From the NCBI GenBank assembly GCA_030141605.1, contig JAQGDQ010000106.1, positions 62,001-126,000 on the forward strand: a DNA stretch of 64,000 bases, in the 5' to 3' direction. The notes below the pieces were generated by a model that saw only the letters and a program-made list of their open reading frames with translations, ran no database searches and was not told where the DNA came from. This DNA comes from Tubiluchus corallicola (taxonomy: Eukaryota > Animalia > Priapulida). Shown piece after piece: positions 24,801-36,218 of this stretch (the first letter of the stretch is position 1; each line of letters begins with the position of its first letter). A program made the position numbers and the translations under genes.

Positions 24801-26814
24801 AATGTTTTTGAAAAGCAAGCAAAGGTTTAAAATGGTTAACATTTCCATAATGTTTTTGTGCTCAGCTGCAAAACTAGCTGCTGTTAAATGCGTATATATA
24901 TATATGACGTATCATTCACTTAATGTGCCTTTATTATGCACAGGAATATCCCCAACTAATGGAAAACCTGTATATCACTCCGGTCTGTAAGGCTGCAAAG
25001 GAAAGGGGAAATGTAAGTGATCATTTTCTTTCTTGCTCCTGAAAACTTAGTTAATAATAAAATACTTATAAAACTTCTGTGTTGTGCTTAGTGAATAAGT
25101 GAGTTTAGTTTTAAACAGAGAAGCAGTGGCAGCGGGGAGAGTAGCTCTTGTTTTGTCTTATCTTAATAATAACAACTAGTTGTTGTTAGATCATTAAGTG
25201 ACCATCAGTAAATTCATCCAGACTTATGCCATTAGGCTAAAGGCAAAAAGGAATTACCCTCACCTTAGGGGCTCTTTACAGGCAAAAGTAACCTTTATTT
25301 TATCATCACCTTTTCCTGAAATGTTGCTTGCTTTACTTCAATAATGTCGTTTTATTATCAATATCTGAGCCATTTTAGGGGGTACTTAGAGTTACGACAG
25401 AATCCATTCTATCTATATAAAACTTGAAAGGCCCTTTCTACTGCATTCTTGTGTAACAAAAATATAATCTCTTCACCTTTCAGGATCAGACAGATTGTGT
25501 CCATAACTTTGACTGAAAGTAGTTGAAGTTTATATAAATAATGGGAAGTATAGACACTTTTTTCCCATGTGATTTGTTCTTTGTTTGCTTTTTCAGAGTG
25601 ATATAGTAATTAATGTTCTGGACAGATTAGAAAATAGAAGTACAGATAAAAATGCGTCAGCCATTGCACTTAGTTATCTCATTGGTATTCACTGTAAGTA
25701 CAAGTCACATGTTTTATTCGTTGTACAATGTAACGAGTGCTATTCAGTGATCATAACCATAAGTCGTATGTGTAAAATGTTATATAGTAAGTGGATTGTT
25801 ACTACCAGTCGCATTGATTTTTATTCAGTAGCAGAGACTTTTCTTCTATGTGCTTTATTGAATATATTGCAGGTCTCTTTTTTGATTTGGGAAAATAATT
25901 GCACAAATATATTTTGCCTTCATGTAAAATCTGGTTCTTAAAAACTGACACCAGGTTTACTTCTAGGTGACAATAATGATCTCGATGCAGCAGTCAACGT
26001 TCTGGAGAACAAGGTGGAACAGTATGGAGTAGATGTGACAATGGTGCGACGTGGCGTGTTGCGTGCTCTGAAACGCCTCCTTGAGCAAGAGGGAAGAGAG
26101 ATTCCCTCAGTGATGACAACATTTCCGGTAATTAACAAATGTGTAAATGGTTGTGTCCTGTAAGCTGTGTATGATTTGTGCCAAATAGATGGTATTGTGT
26201 CATTTGTGCCCTAATGTGAAGATGGTCATCATGTAGGAAATTATGAACTAGAAGAAGTTGGCTGCAGTAGAAGCTTCTTCAAAATGATTGCCATCATCAA
26301 AAGACGATTATTAGCTTTTTCTAACACACAAAATGCCATTATAAAATATGCCTAAGTTGTGTTTTGGTACCCTTATTTTGCTGTTGTTCAGTATCAGTAC
26401 AATTTATTCAGCAAGCAACATTCTTGCATTTATTTATCTGCACATTAGTATGACAATAATGAAGATAAATAACCTCCCAGTCATGCTTTTTAAGAACTTT
26501 TTCTGTAGATCTAAAATAGTTACTGTTCATGGCAAATATTTATGGCAAAAATTAGCTTTTGGACATTCAGTGTAGGCTTGTTGCTGGCTACTGTGAACAA
26601 CACGGACATGCAAAATTAGTTTCAGTTGCTGGATGGAATGAGGCAGCAGAAGTCAAGTTTCGATTATTTGTCCATGTTTAATAACATAAAGCACAATTTC
26701 AAATAAGTGTTTTTGCAGGTATTCTCCGCCTCCATGAAAGACATTGCATCATCTACATCATCGTCGTCCTCCTCTTCATCGTCAGATGAGGAATTATCTG
26801 ATTCGGATAAGTGA
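835..26814 (+). CDS. LRPPRC: Leucine-rich PPR motif-containing protein, mitochondrial (LRPPRC / bicoid stability factor orthologue), 29 coding exons, about 1359 aa
   Basis: Exons: 835-1025, 3169-3338, 3531-3653, 4589-4710, 4897-4955, 5529-5615, 6697-6823, 8293-8397, 8673-8864, 10572-10785, 11031-11155, 13043-13130, 14206-14693, 15479-15618, 17207-17292, 17615-17828, 18182-18306, 18878-18984, 20459-20618, 21763-21938, 22096-22166, 22500-22582, 22847-23039, 23527-23636, 24103-24203, 24944-25012, 25597-25693, 25967-26127, 26719-26814. All introns are GT-AG and phase-consistent; the total of 4080 nt is open to TGA. Recognisable LRPPRC segments: [104 protein letters not shown]...VPFD. The Arg/Ser/Phe-rich N-terminus resembles a mitochondrial presequence. 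Confidence 0.95.
1383..2019. mobile_element. Possible decayed hAT-like non-autonomous element in LRPPRC intron 1
   Basis: CAGG...CCTG ends with repeated subterminal accgaaac motifs near both ends. The putative 8-bp target-site duplication matches only partly. Confidence 0.3.
7400..7950. repeat. Two diverged direct copies (about 390 bp apart) of an interspersed-repeat segment
   Basis: ggagttgaatggtaatt...acctt...accaaggtca...actttca...gtatctacc occurs at about 7410 and again at about 7798. Confidence 0.6.
9025..9927. mobile_element. Possible decayed Tc1/mariner-type MITE containing a retroposon-tail-like segment
   Basis: Left TA|cagtcagctgcctaatt and right cttaagcggcgcctattg are weak inverted ends; an internal AATAAA is followed by (ATT)n. 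Confidence 0.3.
9717..9824 (+). repeat. (ATT)n microsatellite
   Basis: Directly visible, with one interruption, immediately after AATAAA. Confidence 0.95.
11750..12560. repeat. Degenerate tandem repeat with units of about 220-270 bp
   Basis: Recurring blocks agctca(g/a)tgtg..gaatta, ataaaggca(g/a)gttttgt..aatgtcaag and ggatc..ggatttga. Confidence 0.55.
12750..12850 (+). repeat. Compound (GT)/(GTAT)/(CTGT) simple repeat
   Basis: Directly visible. Confidence 0.75.
13371..13873 (+). repeat. Long inverted repeat, arm A (LRPPRC intron 12)
   Basis: Reverse complement of 16082-16574 over its whole length, with scattered substitutions and one small indel. Confidence 0.95.
14730..15050 (+). repeat. 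Degenerate local tandem repeats in LRPPRC intron 13
   Basis: agattttaccagg(t/c)(g/a)cttgttatcaatatc.ttcaccaatag and tctaggttgtcagtaa each occur twice; ttcaccaatag occurs three times. Confidence 0.75.
16082..16574 (-). repeat. Long inverted repeat, arm B (LRPPRC intron 14)
   Basis: Reverse complement of 13371-13873. Confidence 0.95.
17086..17260 (+). repeat. Tandem duplication (80-nt offset) of the exon-15 acceptor and exon start
   Basis: ttttctagattacatgttgtaattttt...ttagggttgaatacc(t/a)ccccaattttgtcctggattttcataaaata occurs twice. Confidence 0.9.
19605..19790 (+). repeat. Compound (TA)n-(GATA)n-(TACA)n microsatellite
   Basis: Directly visible; it produces the spurious YVCM/IHTY ORFs in the track. 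Confidence 0.97.
21265..21385 (-). mobile_element. Decayed SINE-like relic with a 5S rRNA-like segment
   Basis: Minus strand reads accaaagtaaaacatgcctggcctgattagtaaatgaatggatgatc, resembling the 5S internal control region and the copies at about 37755, 39615 and 61620. Confidence 0.45.
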
Positions 26815-26867
26815 TACCCTAGTGCTTAGGTCATTGTAGTCTTTAGTTATTAATGCTGTATATTGTT

Positions 26868-26873
26868 AATAAA
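26868..26873 (+). promoter_or_regulatory. Candidate LRPPRC polyadenylation signal AATAAA
   Basis: First AATAAA after the stop codon (54 nt downstream). The context is AT-rich, so it is weakly diagnostic. Confidence 0.4.
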
Positions 26874-29800
26874 TAATAGATAGTATGTAGAGATATCTGT
26901 GTCACCTTGCATATTGTGAAGAATGTGGTATCTAAATTCTATGTTTGGCTTTGACTGCTCCATAATAAATTGCACCATTTAACCTTTTCACAAAATTCTT
27001 GCATATGTCTCAGTTTTTTATACGAAAAATATTATCGTGTGCTTTATTTGGCATTAAGTTTGAACTATGATACCTGAAATAATTGCTTCTTTATCATTGT
27101 GCGTTGCCAGAATTTACCTTGGTTTTGTTGGACAAAATTAAGAGATGTCTTAATTACAGATACCTATATAGTCCTACAGGTAGTCACACCTGTCACTCTG
27201 TATGCTTTCACTCCATTGAAGTTGATGATGGTGCTGAATATGTATTTGCAGTCTTTTTGAGTGGCAGCTGATTGAATGGCATACTAAGAAAAAACCGCAT
27301 AGTCTCACGGAACTAATCAAAAAGCGAATACTTTCTGTACTTTTGTGTAATTGCTGAGGACACTTCTGAAATTTGAACATTGACATGAAACTTTGGATGT
27401 TCTGCTTGTATGGATGATGTAAGTTGTGTGCTTAGGAATGCAAGCAAGGCAGATACGTTACTGTATTCTAAACAAAGTTAGTGTCTTTGCATTCCTAAGT
27501 AGCAAGCTCATTGAAATTAAAACTATTTTACCTGGAAACCATCTGTATTCGTGCATGAGCAGCATGGATAATATAAAAAGAACCCAATTTTATGTATCCA
27601 GTGCTCGACATCGAGTCACATGGTAAATCGCATTTGACCAGTGATAGTCAATGCCAGGCATCATGGATTTCAATCTGAATGAATTCGATCTTGTTAAACC
27701 AAATCTTGAAGTTTTGTAGGTACAGATTTTAGGCAGTCATTATGAATGGGGGAGGGGTGAGATAGTGTTGATGGGTGGCTAATTTTCAATAAATAAATGA
27801 TCACTTTTGTCCACTATTCTATTTTTACCTAAACGTAAGAAAGATAAAGATTGGAGCTGTAGTTCTACTACAAAGTGAATCACTACTGATATTTACACTG
27901 TTTCTTGCTTTTATTAAATAGTGCAAAATGTTCTTGTTTTTATCAAATACTAGCTAGTATGTACTGTAATGCTCATTGATTCGTAATTGACGATTCTTGT
28001 CAATAATGCCTCACGATTGTAATATAACTTACAACTTGTTTTAAACAGTCAATTTCGTTAGTTCTCATTGGTTTGAGTGCACTTTTTCTCAATTTTTTCC
28101 GCACAATGAACAGAAACTATATAACTAAACATTTCCTGACCACTTGCAAATGTAACACAATGATCATATCATTTGACTTGTTGCTCATACGGAGTCCATT
28201 GAATAGTGTTCGTATTTATCTTATTACTTCACGTCCAAATCGACTACATATTTATCACAACACAGTGGGCATGTTATTTCATATTAAACATTTGTTTTAT
28301 TATATAATGGATCCTTACATCATCCAAAATTCATTAAGCAGGAGTGAACCTGGGAAGCACCGAGCGCGAAGCCAACCGGCAGGGTGACACCGAGCTTTTT
28401 TTGCTTGCGTTATAAATAAAAATGCGGCAAAATAACTGAGATTTTATAAAAAGAAATGTAAAGAAAAAACACTTACAGATAAATGTAAAATACAATTATC
28501 CTCAGTTAATATAAAGCACCCAGTGTATAACGACTGAATGTGTTTGATACTTTCTTATTTCACCGATATGTTTGGCTTCTTAACCTCTAGTGTTCTTGAC
28601 ACTTTGAGTATTTTATCTACAGTTTACCAACAACCTCACCATTTCAGTTTGTCACTGATAGGTTAATTCAACTGTATGACATGTTAAGCCTGTTCATATT
28701 ATTATTGCTTCAATTGATCTTGTGTCTAACTATGTGGACCCGTCTGACGTCTGGTTTGTGTGCGTCGATTTTGTAAAGGTAAATTAAAAGTCATGTCATT
28801 AATGTGATTTGAACTGATATATAACTGTACGTGCGAGGTGAGAGTCAGCAAAATTATTTAATGTCAAGTTGAATATCATTTATGGGCGTTAGACACCTAG
28901 GGGCAATAACCTGATTCTGCAACTATTGTGTTATAACGCTGACTGGCAGTAATTTTGCAAGGCATTTTCTTGTTTCGACGACACCAGTATTTTAGGGTGC
29001 CAGATTATAATTTAACTTCTTTGTTTCCACGGACGGTATCGTGTACATACTTTGAATTGCATTGTCAGCCTGGTTAGATCTTAATTGGAGTCAACCCTGT
29101 AGTTCCTTGCTTATTGAAAGTCAGTCGCTACATTAAACCTCTTTTATCCCTATCTCTATGGAAGATACTCCACATTTTGATGTTTTTTTCAACAAGTTAT
29201 AAAGCAAGTAGGTGTTATCGAATTGCTTATTTTAGTTAGTTAGCAATATGTCAGCATATGCGTGCCTTCATCAGACATTATTCAAAATAAAATAAATAAG
29301 AATCAGCTGCAGAATAGTCTAATTGGCAGTGCTAGTTTAATAAAAGCTTATAAGATGTATTCAACACAGATTTTACGAAATTTTGGTAAAAAGTATGTAG
29401 AATACAAAGTAAGAAGCAGAGTTAACACTTTGTTTTAAATTTGTACATACCTAAATTGCGTCGAAATATTGTAGGAATAAATTTGGAAATTTGTAGCAAT
29501 TGCTTCATAATTTGTTAGAGAAACAACAGAAGCGCCAATAATTTAGTAAAACCCCAACAACATGAAATGGATAACGGAAGGTAATTTCGATCATGGCATC
29601 TCGTCGCTGGTTCCTAAAATCTGCTGCTGCGTTTGCAGTAGGGTAAAGTGGGGCCTATTTTAACTACGGTGGCCACATCATTTAGCGCGCAGACTTGTAA
29701 TTTTCGCAAGGTGTTGTTTATGCAATACACTGTTAATCTACAAGATACGACGTTTACTGATTACTTTATTTCGATGTAAAACTTGTCAAATAAAGCAGTC

Positions 29801-31229
29801 CTCTAATAAATTTTGTTCATATGCACACATTGATGTGTTTTACAAACGTGTTTCTTTTACAATTTCACACAACGCTATACTGATACATGGTTATATGAAT
29901 GATTACTGATACATTGTAAATTAAATTGTAATATACAATGGGACAAAAAGTCTTGCGACTAATCAAGACGTGTCTTTGCGGTTAAGTAAAGTTCTTAAGT
30001 GAATGCCAACCTAACAGTCAACATTTAGTGTTCCTTTCCAACCACAATATAACACTCATCATATGGTACCTTTGATAGAATACACAGATTAGTAAATCGA
30101 AACTACAAAAAGAATGGTCAAAACTTAAACGTGGCCTCAATTGTCCGCACGTCACTCTTGAACATTACATTTGTGGGTGACCTTTTTTTTATCTACTTAC
30201 CTGGAAATTTTCTTATGTACAGTATAGAATAACTGCTTACCAACCGAGTTTTTTCCTTTGGGAATCCTCTACCAGAAAATTGTTCCCCTAAAAACCACCA
30301 CCTTATCCGGATTAAAGAAGAAAACATGTATATACCCTTTATCACTATAACTAATTAGTTATATGACTGCTGTTCCTCTGCATACGTAATCATATATTTT
30401 TCTTTTCTCACCGTTTCTGAATTTGAGCGCCACTGGATTAGTTTGGACTATTTGTATTGGAAAAAACCTGCAACGACATCCATGTGCTTAATTAGAGGGC
30501 ATTCACTAGAGGTGAAGACCCACATTCTGACACCTGAATGTGAAGAAGAAACCATTGTACAGTGCAGTACAATAAATCAATATATTGTAGTCACATTTTG
30601 GTAGAAATATTATAGGTATAGTGGTAAAAATTCAAGTTTCATTAATAAGAATATTCGACTTTTCAATCAACATAATGATTGCTCGGTATCAGCTCGAAAC
30701 ATTCTGCTAGGCATTCCATGCGAAAAGCTGTACCCTCCATAAGAAACGAAACCTTGAATGCAAATTATTAGCATTGAAAGAAACGATTGCTTACATTACT
30801 CAAAACTGTAGTCCCTGAGGATAAGTTTTTGTGAATCGTGATAAAACCAATATGTGTGCACATAGACTTTTCTACTAACCCCATCGTATATAGATATTTG
30901 TGGTGTATAGTGTAAACTACTTAACTTATATCATTCATTATGAGTAAAAATTTATTTTGCGACCTTGACATTTGACCTTTTTGCGACCTTCACATTTGAC
31001 CTTTTGAATCGAAAAGGAATGAGTCCAGACCCATCTCGAGACCAAATTTGATGTCATAGTATTTTTTGACTTTGTTACCCCGAAGTTTGATTTTTTAACC
31101 CAAAAGCACAGACGGGACTAACCACCGGCCCAACGCACGCGCAGTGTGTCAGCATGGGTAACTATTACTGAAGAGAAACTTGAGCCCCTTCACAAACATT
31201 AACTAAGTCTAAGCTACACGTGGAACAAG

Positions 31230-31900
31230 TTCGACACAAAGTATTGGTTGAGCGACTCACTGAACTGGAGACGGTGGATCGATCCATTGCTAATTGGCGG
31301 AGCCTTAGGCTGTTCTTGAAAATGACGTCGTATCACTGCCTTTTTGCATTAAAAATGGCGAACGAAAAATATTTATTCCGTCAATCGATCAGAATTTGTT
31401 TTATTATATTTCTGTAAAATTTCGTGACGATCTGTTGCAAATCGGTAAAACTAAGGTTTTTTCGAAAAATGATATTACCACTGCTTTCTTGAATTCAAGA
31501 TAGCAGATTAGAAATCGACTCTGTATGCCCTTGCGGATTTAAGAATGGCGACTCGGAAGTTGAGCTCCGTCAGTCGATGCAGAATTCATTCTAGTATACG
31601 CCTATAAAGTTTCGTAATGATCCATTGCAAATTGGTGGAACCTGACGCTTTTCCGAAAATGATAACTCTTACTGATATTATCTGTAATTCAAGATTTAAG
31701 AAAAAAATCTAACTTCGTCAGTCGATGTAGATTTAGATCTAGTATACTCCTGTAAAGTTTCATGACGATCCATTGCTTTGAAAATGTTGTTGTTGTCGCC
31801 GTCTTGAGTTAAAAATGATGGAACAGAAAAATCAAACTCTGTCAATCGGTGCGGAGTTCGTCTAGTATATTTCTCTAAAGTTTCAACTTTCAAGTTGCAA
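31230..31900 (+). repeat. Degenerate tandem array of four to five units (about 130-190 bp), probably internal to a decayed interspersed element
   Basis: Recurring aa(a/g)atggcga...cgtca(a/g)tcgat...tagtata...aaagtttc(g/a)tgacgatcc(a)ttgc. It is preceded by tgacctt motifs at about 30960-31005. Confidence 0.75.
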
Positions 31901-34900
31901 ATTCACGGGGTCAAGAGCAGCGATTTGCGTCGAATCCCTTGAGCAACTTTATAGAAAAATGCAATATTATGTTTTTTTCACTTATGCTGTTACTGTATGT
32001 CATCATTCATAAAAGAAGAGTGATGCTTCTACGTACAGTTTCTACGTTCTCTTTGGTTTTCCTTTGGTAAAAGTCATGCGTTGAATGTCAAAATGATTTT
32101 GGTTACTTTGACAACAGATCAAGTCACCAAGTGTATCCTACTATTCTAAAAAGAATGTTGGCCAATGATTTATTGAAAGGAGGCCTTTCTCGGTTACTCA
32201 CAGTAGTACGTGACCAGTGTCCTGTTGGACTTTGTGTCACCTTATTTGTCAAATTATTTTCCTCGTGTGTGTAATCCTGTGTTTGCAAAGCTACAGAACA
32301 CATATCAAGCCGGAAATACAAATAGTCCTACAACTTCAGCTTGCGCAGAATTCGCAGTGGAAACATATTCAAGGAGAGTAACCTACTAAAGCAAAATAGG
32401 TAATAGCTTATAAATAAACTGGTAAAACTATGGTCCTGTACATTATTCTCGTGAATACTGGAGCATGTGATGTTATGGACGTTTAACTGTTTATACATGA
32501 GCTGTGTGTGACGTATTCTACAGGAATTTATTATAGGGAACCAGCTTAGACCCATTCCTGCAAAACGCTCAGCCATAGACAAATATATTACTACGAGATG
32601 CGTTAATATCTATGCGTTCAACATTGGATTCGCAGCTGTGGTGTGATTGTATACATTACAACAATGACGATGACGATGACGATGACGACGTGTGTCAGGA
32701 TTGGACACTTGAGCCCACTGCTCAGAAAGTCATAATATTGTATCCACTGAATTCGATGCGTTTGATTACTTAAGAAATGCATTTCGGTTTTAGTGAAATC
32801 ATGCCATCGCCTTCTAAACTTTAATCCTTGATCAGCAGTTAAAGAGTCAGTCAATCGTGGTGAATATACACCATTCAGTTTGTTTCATCGAGACCTTTCA
32901 TTTGATGTATTGCAAGGCACTAAATTCGAAACTTGTCACTTTTTACCCGGGGTCAGGTATCAAACAATCCGTAACAGCGACAACGACAATGCGTGACAGA
33001 AATGACTACCGGGCCTCAAATATTTTTAGGTCCAATAAAGCTGAGTAGACATTGATTCAACTTGAGCAACTAATATGTTCTGTTATGTGCGAGGCCTTCG
33101 GCATCACCAGGTTTGGCTGCATACACACATGTCTGGCTGACTGGCTGTTTCCAGACATGATTAGGTACTGCTTCACGATGGTCTCGACTTATAATATTAG
33201 AAATGTCGATCCAACTTAAAAGAATAAAATCCAGTTAGTCACCTAGTGGTCAAATTAGGATCTTTAATGCAGTTACTTTTTGTTTTCAGCGTCACGCAAG
33301 ACACAATTTTAGCGAATTATCAGGGTTTACAGGCTTAGGTAACAGAAGAATGACGCAATAGCCCAAAAAGTGTTTGCGATAACTAATAAACTTGTGTGCC
33401 GTCACATTTTCTATGTTCCATTAACGCTGATCCTGCATTTGTTTGTTGAAAAAGTCGTTTTAACAGAAAGAAAAATAGTTACCTACAGAAACTGTTGTTT
33501 CGCATGTAAGATTACAGTTCAAGTGCGGCGGCTCGCGAATTTTCACAAGCTTCTGCATATTGTTAGGCGTGCATCCTAGTGCCGAGTGAAAATTGCTTAT
33601 AATACTTATCTTTACTCATAATGAAAAATGCAAAGGGCATATTATATTTATCTGAATATTTTAAATACTTAACCCATTTTGAACATATACAAGTACTACT
33701 ACATACTCGCATAAACTTGATAAAACATATTATCAAGTTTATGCGAAAAAGCCAGCTGCTTGTTGATTTATAAGTTTGCAATACTAAAACACCCATTGAT
33801 ATAATAAAAGGAATTACATATGTATTAGTGTCCGTTTCCCATCCAGTGGTGCAACACTATCATGGTGGACAGAAATGCTCGAACGTCCCACATTGTGGCT
33901 TACAAAACGTGCGGTTCATAGCACTTGATGCTTAATATCTCTTGTTAGTATCTGCTACGTGTAGTACCTGTTGGACGCATTTGACCCTACCCTGGAACCA
34001 ACCACAGGTCAATATACCACGTAGCAAAACGAGATCATTTTCCCAAACTGGTTTGCCGCATTAGCCTAATAGCAACCCGACCTAAACCGCACTTATTTAG
34101 TAATTTTACGCATTCTGGGTTTTGGGGCGATCATTCAATGGGAATTTTGACCTCTTTGCTTCTCCACAAGTAGTCCAGCCACTTTTCTACTGTAAATCTT
34201 TTCCCAGGTTAGCCACACAGGAGCTTAGCGCCTATTTCTCACTATACGCTGATAAATTCAAATATTCGGTCTCCAAACGAGACCTATAGTATTAAGAGTG
34301 TGACATTCAACAAGGTTGCTCAAGCCTGACTTACAGACTATAAAAATTTTGTAATTACTAGGTAGACAGGGCTTACATCCCCGTATAAGGTGCATCCTAC
34401 AGTCCATAGATTATTAGCTAGATAGGTTTGAAAGTAAAAGCTTTGTTTGACCGTTACACTGCCCTCTAGCTCAGAATTTGCTTATTTCTGTCCTACAGCT
34501 ACCCACGACTTCAAACAGATTAATTCGAATTGTAGTAACCCATATATTTGTCACATTTTGCATTTTCCGGGCATTCGTAAAAACATTGTATTGCAAAAAG
34601 CGAGGCAAGTAGGTTTTGCTAAATTTCAGAATCGATCAGAAATACGAACAAAATTAACTTAGAAATACTAACAGTTAGCCTTAAATAGTGTCCCATAGGC
34701 ATAAAGCTTGAAACGTAATAGTGTCCTACCAAGTTTAGCATTTAAGATTGACATGGATTGCAGAGATACCCCTCTCGATGACAAGACACTGGATGTCTAG
34801 TCTTGCAAGGCTAGCAAATGCAGGCTTTTCTGGAGTATTGTCATTAAATAAGTGGAACCGTGAGTCAGTCAGTAAACAAATAAAAAAACGCGCCAGCACT

Positions 34901-36218
34901 AAAGTCTAGCTTTTTTGGGTTACGTTTTTGCATAGTAAAGTTTAAACAAATTTTCTTCAAGATCAACGTAAAATTCAACGATTGTATTAATCTAATTTAG
35001 TCTAAGAACTTAGATAAGGAACTTAGGTTGGCATTTAGGCACGAAGCTTAGGCAAGATGCATTATATAACTTTTATATAATACATTATATAAGTGTGAAG
35101 GCGCTCAGTCGAATGTAACCTTGGACATTACTGATTCCTTTCTAGTGGGTTTTCGCAAAATTCCGAATATTCTGACAGTGTGTGCAGTAATGATACAAAG
35201 ACCAACTGATACTGACGTACTGTATTGACGTGTCAATGTGTGGACCATCAACACTCAAAAGCTATGAGCAAATGCATTATAAAACCATAACCAGTTGAAC
35301 ACTCCTCCACGTTTTACACATAGAACTTGCTTGTCGTTGGCAGTGCGTTGACCCATCTCCTCTCGAGTTGTCAGACCAGTTAGCTCCTCACTTTTGAGTG
35401 CTGGTAAAAACGTAGGTATTTGCACCTGAGAGGTCGGTGCGCTCTACATTGTTCATCAGTGCCCACAGAACACACGTAAAAAGATCTGTGGCTTTCATTT
35501 TCTGCCTGCTGGATTTGTATCAGAAAGTCATGCACGACGTACGGAGACTCCAGCGGGTAGCTGACCTGGCGAATGTCTTATGGTGTGGCACCTAAACTTT
35601 ACGTAGAACATCTGAAAAGGCTAAAACACGTGGTAAGTCAGCTAGATTTATGCGTAAGATCTGAGGATCTGGCAGTAAATGACCTTAATTGTAATAATTT
35701 ACTTATTAAATATTTAATATACTAGTGATCAACTAGCACGTCTCGTGTGGTTACGATGATGCTTGTGCGTTTTACATTATTTGTTTAGTCATGCAAGTTA
35801 TTTTTGCGGTTTCGGACGGTGTTTGTTTTCACTAGCTTGTATGCATAAGTTTTTGTTAGCCATACGTTTGAATTTGGGTATTAAACGGCAAAAGCAGCCT
35901 TTTAATAATTAAAACTCCGACTCGACAATCAGAAGTGAGTAGTGCTGTGCGAACGCAAAGTGATCAACAGTACCATTGTATTCCTAATAACGGAATGTGG
36001 ATTTCACCTGTATTACATACTTGACTAGCTAGCTGGAGTACCAAAGGTTACCTGCTGTGTTACGTAACAATGTGGTTAATGTGATTAAGGCTCACCGCTA
36101 TCATACCTGTTCTTCTTGACTTACTAATCACCGCATTTCAGGTACTTGACTAACGCCCCCCACAGACGGCTGTCCACTGCTGTTAGTCGGCTATTAGCCC
36201 AGTGGTCAGTTAGTACAT

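Noticed and set aside
25955-25966. Alternative in-frame acceptor 12 nt upstream of LRPPRC exon 28
   Set aside because: No pyrimidine tract before that AG, and the effect would be only four residues.
31230-31900. Repeat-spacer-like periodicity suggesting a CRISPR array
   Set aside because: Units are long and degenerate without unique spacers, the context is eukaryotic, and there are no cas genes.
33953-34026. Hairpin tgctacgtg...cacgtagca as a pre-miRNA or TPP-riboswitch-like element
   Set aside because: Large asymmetric internal loops argue against a pre-miRNA, and the CTGAGA core of TPP aptamers is missing.
27000-35000. Short ORFs between LRPPRC and the bZIP gene
   Set aside because: No recognisable motifs or consistent splice chain; they look like chance ORFs in AT-rich DNA and repeat debris.
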